Shown here: positions 16,047 through 20,000 of the stretch, one piece after another
Layout of the letters: every line of letters begins with the position of its first letter
Numbering within the stretch: the stretch's first letter is position 1
Origin: an uncultured virus (IMG/VR IMGVR_UViG_3300013110_000406)
Lineage: Duplodnaviria > Heunggongvirae > Uroviricota > Caudoviricetes
Reading direction: 5' to 3' (one strand)
Length of the DNA: 20,000 nt
IMG/VR virus record: IMGVR_UViG_3300013110_000406
Notes under the pieces: model-generated
The model's database searches: none
The model's input: only the letters and a program-made list of their open reading frames with translations
Told to the model about the DNA's origin: nothing
Program-made: the position numbers and the translations under genes

Positions 16047-16243
16047 GCAAATATGATTATGTTCCGTTTTTTGAGCGCGGCGATCTGGTAGAGATCAGCT
16101 TTGGCTATGGAGCTAAGAGCCTGGGCCTTTTTATGCATTATGAAGGATGGGCTGACGATCTTCGCGCTAAGGTTTTTTGGGATGGTCAAGACCTTTCCAC
16201 TCCGGTCGTGCAACTTACACTAATCAAGAGAGCAGCAGAATGA
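16043..16243 (+). CDS. small KOW/SH3-like 'GDLV' family protein
   Basis: FERGDLVEI...GLFM...AKVFW...LTLIK. Confidence 0.7.
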   Translation: MSKYDYVPFFERGDLVEISFGYGAKSLGLFMHYEGWADDLRAKVFWDGQDLSTPVVQLTLIKRAAE

Positions 16244-16539
16244 ATATCTGGGTATTTATGGGACGCTGCGAAGGGGATCTATTCGCCACCACACACCTAA
16301 CGGAGAAAGGCGCAGTCCTGGCGGCACTGGCGGATATTCTGGAATATCTGGGAATCGACAGCGACGAAGATGCGCGATCTAACCCCGAAGATGCCGATGC
16401 CCTCTTGCCCTGGGATTACGACGAGCTTAAAACATTTCCCACCACGCAGCTATGGGAAGTCTACGCAGGATATCGTGAACATTTGTGGGATGATTTTTCG
16501 TATGAGATTGACATTCATCAGACACAGGTGACAGGATGA
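16240..16539 (+). CDS. hypothetical acidic protein
   Basis: ATGA overlaps on both ends. Confidence 0.65.
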   Translation: MNIWVFMGRCEGDLFATTHLTEKGAVLAALADILEYLGIDSDEDARSNPEDADALLPWDYDELKTFPTTQLWEVYAGYREHLWDDFSYEIDIHQTQVTG

Positions 16540-16823
16540 AACTGGTTAGAGATAACATTCCCAAGATCATTAATGACTCGGGACGCGAATGTAAATATCA
16601 TAAAGCTGACGAAGCTGAACATATAGCACGCCTCAAGGATAAAATGGAGGAGGAGCTAACAGAGTTTATGCTTGAGCCATCTTGTGAAGAAGCAGCCGAC
16701 ATGCTGGAAGTGGTGCGCGGTTTGTGTCACATTCACGGCATTGATTTTATGGATGCGCTGGATGCAGCCAACAATAAACATGCTCGACGTGGTGGCTTCG
16801 ATGGAGGGATCGTATTGTGGTAA
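16536..16823 (+). CDS. MazG-like / PRA-PH-like nucleoside triphosphate pyrophosphohydrolase
   Basis: KLVRDNIPKII...KMEEELTEF...EEAADMLEV...K...RGGF signature. Confidence 0.85.
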   Translation: MKLVRDNIPKIINDSGRECKYHKADEAEHIARLKDKMEEELTEFMLEPSCEEAADMLEVVRGLCHIHGIDFMDALDAANNKHARRGGFDGGIVLW

Positions 16824-17038
16824 AAGATACACTGCTGCAAGTCGGTGACTTGATAAGACATAAAACTTTGGGACACACCGGGTTGATTCTTCAAAGCGAT
16901 CCGCGTTCCCTATGCAGTGAAATGATCCCAAGCTATTTTTTGATTGTGTGGAGCGATTGGCCTCGACTGCCCCAAGCAGATAACCAGACGTGGGCACTTG
17001 CAGATGATATAGAGGTGATTAATGCTGCAAGTAGGTGA
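16817..17038 (+). CDS. MKVGDLV-family small protein
   Basis: LQVGDLIRH...GLIL...IVW...IEVINAASR; GGAGG SD. Confidence 0.75.
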   Translation: MVKDTLLQVGDLIRHKTLGHTGLILQSDPRSLCSEMIPSYFLIVWSDWPRLPQADNQTWALADDIEVINAASR

Positions 17039-17270
17039 TATCGTTAAGTTTTTTGACTATGACTATGCCGCATTTCACCGCGATACGTCTGGTGAATGTT
17101 GGCGCATCGGTGTTGTGTCGGAGATCCGTCACGAGGTGTGGGATGAAGATTGGGATCCCGCATGTCTTCCGCTTGTCGTTGTCGTTCACGACGGACACAG
17201 CCAACCCCTCGTGATGCCAAACGAAAAAAATATCGGAACCTGGGTGGAGCTTATAAGTGCCCGTAAGTGA
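17022..17270 (+). CDS. MKVGDLV-family small protein
   Basis: MLQVGDIVKF...GVVSEI...VELISARK. Confidence 0.75.
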   Translation: MLQVGDIVKFFDYDYAAFHRDTSGECWRIGVVSEIRHEVWDEDWDPACLPLVVVVHDGHSQPLVMPNEKNIGTWVELISARK

Positions 17271-17349
17271 TCGAATGTGGGTTATTGTTTCATTGGCGTT
17301 GGCCGTGACGGTGTGGTATTATGTGCGCTTCGGGGGAGGGGCATTATGA
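17257..17349 (+). CDS. 30-aa single-TM peptide (not in ORF track)
   Basis: GGAG SD, GTG start with 14-nt overlap; MPVSDRMWVIVSLALAVTVWYYVRFGGGAL; ATGA overlap downstream. Confidence 0.5.
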   Translation: MPVSDRMWVIVSLALAVTVWYYVRFGGGAL

Positions 17350-17555
17350 AGGTCGGTGATTTGGTGCGACAGCGCGACGTTGGCATGCCTCGGCAGAATC
17401 GGAGAGTGGGCGTGGTGCGCGAGATCCGAAAGAAGGATCACGCACGCTGGAAGGGTGATGGCTGGGATTCAGTCAGAGTATATTGGGGCGACAACCAGCG
17501 CATGAACGAGCGGTGGACTGTGCGCGGGTCATTAGAAGTTATTGATGGCGCTTGA
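17346..17555 (+). CDS. MKVGDLV-family small protein
   Basis: GGAGG SD; MKVGDLVRQ...GVVREI...VRVYW...LEVIDGA. Confidence 0.8.
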   Translation: MKVGDLVRQRDVGMPRQNRRVGVVREIRKKDHARWKGDGWDSVRVYWGDNQRMNERWTVRGSLEVIDGA

Positions 17556-17606
17556 CATTCTCTTTACAACATTAACCTTGACTACACCCCATTTACATGC
17601 TATATT
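17552..17606 (+). promoter_or_regulatory. triple-box sigma70 promoter cassette
   Basis: TTGACA-5-TTTACA-9-TTGACT-17-TATATT, followed by ATAGGGGCAATCAGGAG leader. Confidence 0.85.
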
Positions 17607-17630
17607 ATAGGGGCAATCAGGAGAAAATAG

Positions 17631-17864
17631 ATGGCAGTTTATGAAGCAACCGTCACCCGTGTGCGCTATGTTCACACAGTTATCGAGGTAGAAGCCGATA
17701 GCCCCGAGGAGGCACGAGAACAGGCACAACAAGTTATTGATGCTGGCGTCTTTGGTCAACCAAATGTGACGCACCCTTATCCAGAACCCGTTTATCAATG
17801 GACAACGCACAACCGCGAAGGTGTGCTGGGTCACGACGAATATGAGATTGTCGACATCGCTTGA
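17631..17864 (+). CDS. hypothetical protein (DpnD/PcfM-like 'VEAxSxEEA' motif)
   Basis: IEVEADSPEEAREQA; AGGAG SD. Confidence 0.65.
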   Translation: MAVYEATVTRVRYVHTVIEVEADSPEEAREQAQQVIDAGVFGQPNVTHPYPEPVYQWTTHNREGVLGHDEYEIVDIA

Positions 17865-17915
17865 CATTTACTTTACAACTTAACGATTGACAAACCCCCT
17901 GAAAAATGGTATATT
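17861..17915 (+). promoter_or_regulatory. triple-box sigma70 promoter cassette
   Basis: TTGACA-5-TTTACA-9-TTGACA-17-TATATT, followed by ATAGGGGTAATCAAGGAG leader. Confidence 0.85.
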
Positions 17916-17942
17916 ATAGGGGTAATCAAGGAGAACACTAAC

Positions 17943-18293
17943 ATGGCCTATCTTCACAAACAAGACATCGTAATCATTCGCCAGGGCGGCAAGACCATCC
18001 AGGCTCGCGTGGTAGACATGCGTTTCCGGCGCTTTAGACGCGCCTGGAAGGACCGCAAGACCGGCGAGAACAAGTCACGCTGGAAGTCGGTGCCCTACGC
18101 AGTGTGCGAGGTATTTGCGGGGCTTCCCGTGGGGACCGAGTTTATTATTGCAGGCTACAAGCTGAAGAACGAAACCAAAGACGGCGAAAAGCTGCTGGTG
18201 CTGCGCGACAAGTATGCAGCCGAGTTTAATGGCGCGTGGGTAAACACCCTATTGGCCGAGAGCAAGAATATCCGTGCAAAGAGGAGTGCATAA
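17943..18293 (+). CDS. hypothetical basic protein
   Basis: AAGGAG SD; R/K-rich beta-type sequence. Confidence 0.7.
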   Translation: MAYLHKQDIVIIRQGGKTIQARVVDMRFRRFRRAWKDRKTGENKSRWKSVPYAVCEVFAGLPVGTEFIIAGYKLKNETKDGEKLLVLRDKYAAEFNGAWVNTLLAESKNIRAKRSA

Positions 18294-18662
18294 ATGGGTT
18301 ATCGATCACAAGTAGTATTGGCTATCGGAGAAGCATTGATTCCACAGTTTATGGTGACAATGGCTAAATGTCCCGAGGCGCGAGCTATGTGCTTTGGGGA
18401 TGCCGATCAGACGCGAGATTTCCAGGGAGAAAAGGGCAGTCTCTTTTTTGAATGGGATCATATTAAATGGTATGCCGGTTATGAAGAGGTCCAAGCCATC
18501 GAGGATTTTCTAAACTGGGCTGAAGATAAGCTGAAGATCGACGGCAAAGAGATTGATGGCGACGAGCATTTTCGTTTCGTTCGCATTGGCGAGGAATATG
18601 ATGATATTGAAACCCGTGGGTGGGGGTTTGACATTCACCCTGTTAGAAGTATTGAGTATTAA
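18294..18662 (+). CDS. conserved phage hypothetical protein (MGYRS...KWY...FVRIGEE.DD family)
   Basis: GAGGAG SD; recalled motif. Confidence 0.7.
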   Translation: MGYRSQVVLAIGEALIPQFMVTMAKCPEARAMCFGDADQTRDFQGEKGSLFFEWDHIKWYAGYEEVQAIEDFLNWAEDKLKIDGKEIDGDEHFRFVRIGEEYDDIETRGWGFDIHPVRSIEY

Positions 18663-18673
18663 GGAAGGATAAC

Positions 18674-18784
18674 ATGACAGGTATGGCAACATTCACATTT
18701 ATTTGTATTGCGACGGGATTTAGCGCGTTTGCAGTTGCAGTAAAACGAGAGATTTGTATTAAAAGAGGAAAAAATGAATACTAA
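18674..18784 (+). CDS. 36-aa hydrophobic peptide (not in ORF track)
   Basis: AAGGA SD; MTGMATFTFICIATGFSAFAVAVKREICIKRGKNEY fills the gap. Confidence 0.45.
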   Translation: MTGMATFTFICIATGFSAFAVAVKREICIKRGKNEY

Positions 18785-19022
18785 AGTATGTAAACACTGC
18801 GATGAGATTTTTAATCTTGATTCGATTGCTAAAAAAGCAGCGGGTGGAAAGATTAACGAGTGCCCCGACTGCGTTGAGGAGTTGGGCACCGAGACTGCTG
18901 TAAAATATACAGGGCTTCAGATTGAAGAAACAGGATCGTTTGCGATCAGTCGGCATGCTACAGAAGCAGACCGGCAGAAACACATGAACGACCGGCTGAA
19001 AATGGATGACTTGTCAAAATGA
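18774..19022 (+). CDS. zinc-ribbon protein
   Basis: CKHC...CPDC; GAGGA SD. Confidence 0.7.
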   Translation: MNTKVCKHCDEIFNLDSIAKKAAGGKINECPDCVEELGTETAVKYTGLQIEETGSFAISRHATEADRQKHMNDRLKMDDLSK

Positions 19023-19270
19023 AAATGACACTTGTTATTGATAGTGAAGATTTGGATGGTATTAAAGATTCATTTAAGATCATCAAGATGATGAACGATA
19101 AATATAACACGCCAGCGCGTCAGTATAATGATCGTTCATTCGGAAAGATTCGCTACATTAAACTTCTGCGTAAATACGCGAAGTTTGCGGCTGATGAAGA
19201 TTTTGACGTTGATTCGCTCAAAGCCGCTAAACGCTTTGCCGATGCGTTGTGGGCAGGCGATTTTGATTGA
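19019..19270 (+). CDS. hypothetical protein with ribosomal L7/L12 C-terminal-like motif
   Basis: KIRYIKLLR...SLKAAKRFAD resembles KIxxIKxVR...GLKEAKxxVE. Confidence 0.5.
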   Translation: MKMTLVIDSEDLDGIKDSFKIIKMMNDKYNTPARQYNDRSFGKIRYIKLLRKYAKFAADEDFDVDSLKAAKRFADALWAGDFD

Positions 19271-19321
19271 CATTTACTTGACATGATAATGATTGACAGC
19301 AACGCCTTTTCATGCTATATT
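19267..19321 (+). promoter_or_regulatory. triple-box sigma70 promoter cassette
   Basis: TTGACA-5-TTGACA-9-TTGACA-17-TATATT, followed by ATAGGGGCAAATAAGGAG leader. Confidence 0.85.
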
Positions 19322-19348
19322 ATAGGGGCAAATAAGGAGAGAACCACA

Positions 19349-19675
19349 ATGAGATTTGAGTTTACAGAAGAAGAAGTCGGCGCTTTGATCGAGGCACTCG
19401 GCGCGTGGATGGAGCAACCGAGCGAATGGGAAGGCGAGGAGTGGTTGCGACGGCAGGACATCGGCGCAGACCTTGACCTTGAGTTGCGCGAGGGGCTGGC
19501 CACTGGTGATGGAAACGTCGTCGATGATGCAGCCGAGGCTTTTATTCAGGCAGGCATCGACGCCCGCGAACAAGCTAAGGCAACATCCCGGGCCGCAACG
19601 CGCCGTGAACAAAGGCTGGCCGAACTGGCGAAAGGCACCACGGCTACCCTCGCCAACGACCCCGCAGACTGGTAG
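19349..19675 (+). CDS. hypothetical protein
   Basis: AAGGAG SD before ATG 19349. Confidence 0.7.
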   Translation: MRFEFTEEEVGALIEALGAWMEQPSEWEGEEWLRRQDIGADLDLELREGLATGDGNVVDDAAEAFIQAGIDAREQAKATSRAATRREQRLAELAKGTTATLANDPADW

Positions 19676-19681
19676 CATAAA

Positions 19682-19891
19682 ATGAAAGTCGGTGATTTGG
19701 TTAAATGGTCCTGGCACCTTGATACAGATTGGGCGACGACGCATTTTATGGGCGTCATCGTGGGCTCCAAGCTATACAAGATGGCGAATGGGCTGGATAA
19801 ATGTATCGTGCTGCAAGTATTGACCAGGAATGGCCAAACCATCCAGGTCCGAGAAGACGAAGCAACCTTAAAGTTGATCGCCGCGTCTTGA
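19682..19891 (+). CDS. MKVGDLV-family small protein
   Basis: MKVGDLVKW...GVIVG...LKLIAAS. Confidence 0.8.
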   Translation: MKVGDLVKWSWHLDTDWATTHFMGVIVGSKLYKMANGLDKCIVLQVLTRNGQTIQVREDEATLKLIAAS

Positions 19892-19942
19892 CATTCTCTT
19901 GACAACTTTCCTATTGACTCTCACCTATCCAGGTGGTATAAT
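19888..19942 (+). promoter_or_regulatory. triple-box sigma70 promoter cassette
   Basis: TTGACA-5-TTGACA-9-TTGACT-17-TATAAT. Confidence 0.85.
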
Positions 19943-19971
19943 GATGGCATATCAAGTAAGGAGATATATCA

Positions 19972-20000
19972 ATGGCTACTAACCTTCCCTATGTAATGAC
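19972..20000 (+). CDS. 5' end of gene running off the window
   Basis: TAAGGAG SD then ATG GCT ACT AAC. Confidence 0.55.

Noticed and set aside
14298..17555. Diversity-generating retroelement or integron explaining the variable genes
   Set aside because: No reverse transcriptase or integrase in the window, no TR/VR pair differing at adenines, and no palindromic attC-like sites.
11840..19348. Longest-ORF starts at 11840, 12192, 12698, 13987, 16022, 16177, 17277 and 19283
   Set aside because: They fall within promoters or upstream genes; downstream starts with an SD, a stop-start overlap or the family N-terminus fit better.
1..20000. Minus-strand and nested alternative-frame ORFs in the ORF track (e.g. 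2257-2874, 4561-5121, 15752-16213, 12849-13148)
   Set aside because: They shadow well-supported + strand genes, tRNAs or promoters and lack SDs or recognisable motifs.
1..20000. Stop-codon reassignment as seen in some large phages
   Set aside because: Coding density is high under code 11, and TAA, TAG and TGA all end genes at tight junctions.

Overview
This is a 20-kb segment of what looks like a large dsDNA bacteriophage genome. All credible genes are on the + strand, densely packed, and use standard code 11. The left half (1-~10.4 kb) holds larger, probably late or core-type genes: a FlbD-like protein, a catalytically degenerate Dam-like methyltransferase, a 4-TM protein, a 1209-aa multidomain protein with a PcfJ-like domain, a trypsin-like protease, a tail-fibre-like protein, a Pol-beta-type nucleotidyltransferase and a glutaredoxin. 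The right half is a hyperplastic, early-type region. It has three tRNAs (Leu-UAA, Ile-UAU, Lys-UUU), a MazG-like NTP pyrophosphohydrolase and many small ORFs. The most notable structures are: (1) a family of ~15 small 'MKVGDLV...LEI' paralogues, six in tandem, joined by a conserved ~30-nt junction that encodes the SD, start and N-terminus of one gene and the C-terminus and stop of the previous one; (2) ten copies of a triple-TTGACA promoter cassette, eight with fixed spacing, that directly abut upstream gene ends; (3) a 155-nt candidate structured ncRNA closed by a perfect 11-bp stem; (4) an RBS-sequestering hairpin containing a putative late-promoter motif upstream of the nucleotidyltransferase. 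All protein calls come from motif recognition by eye; no searches were run.
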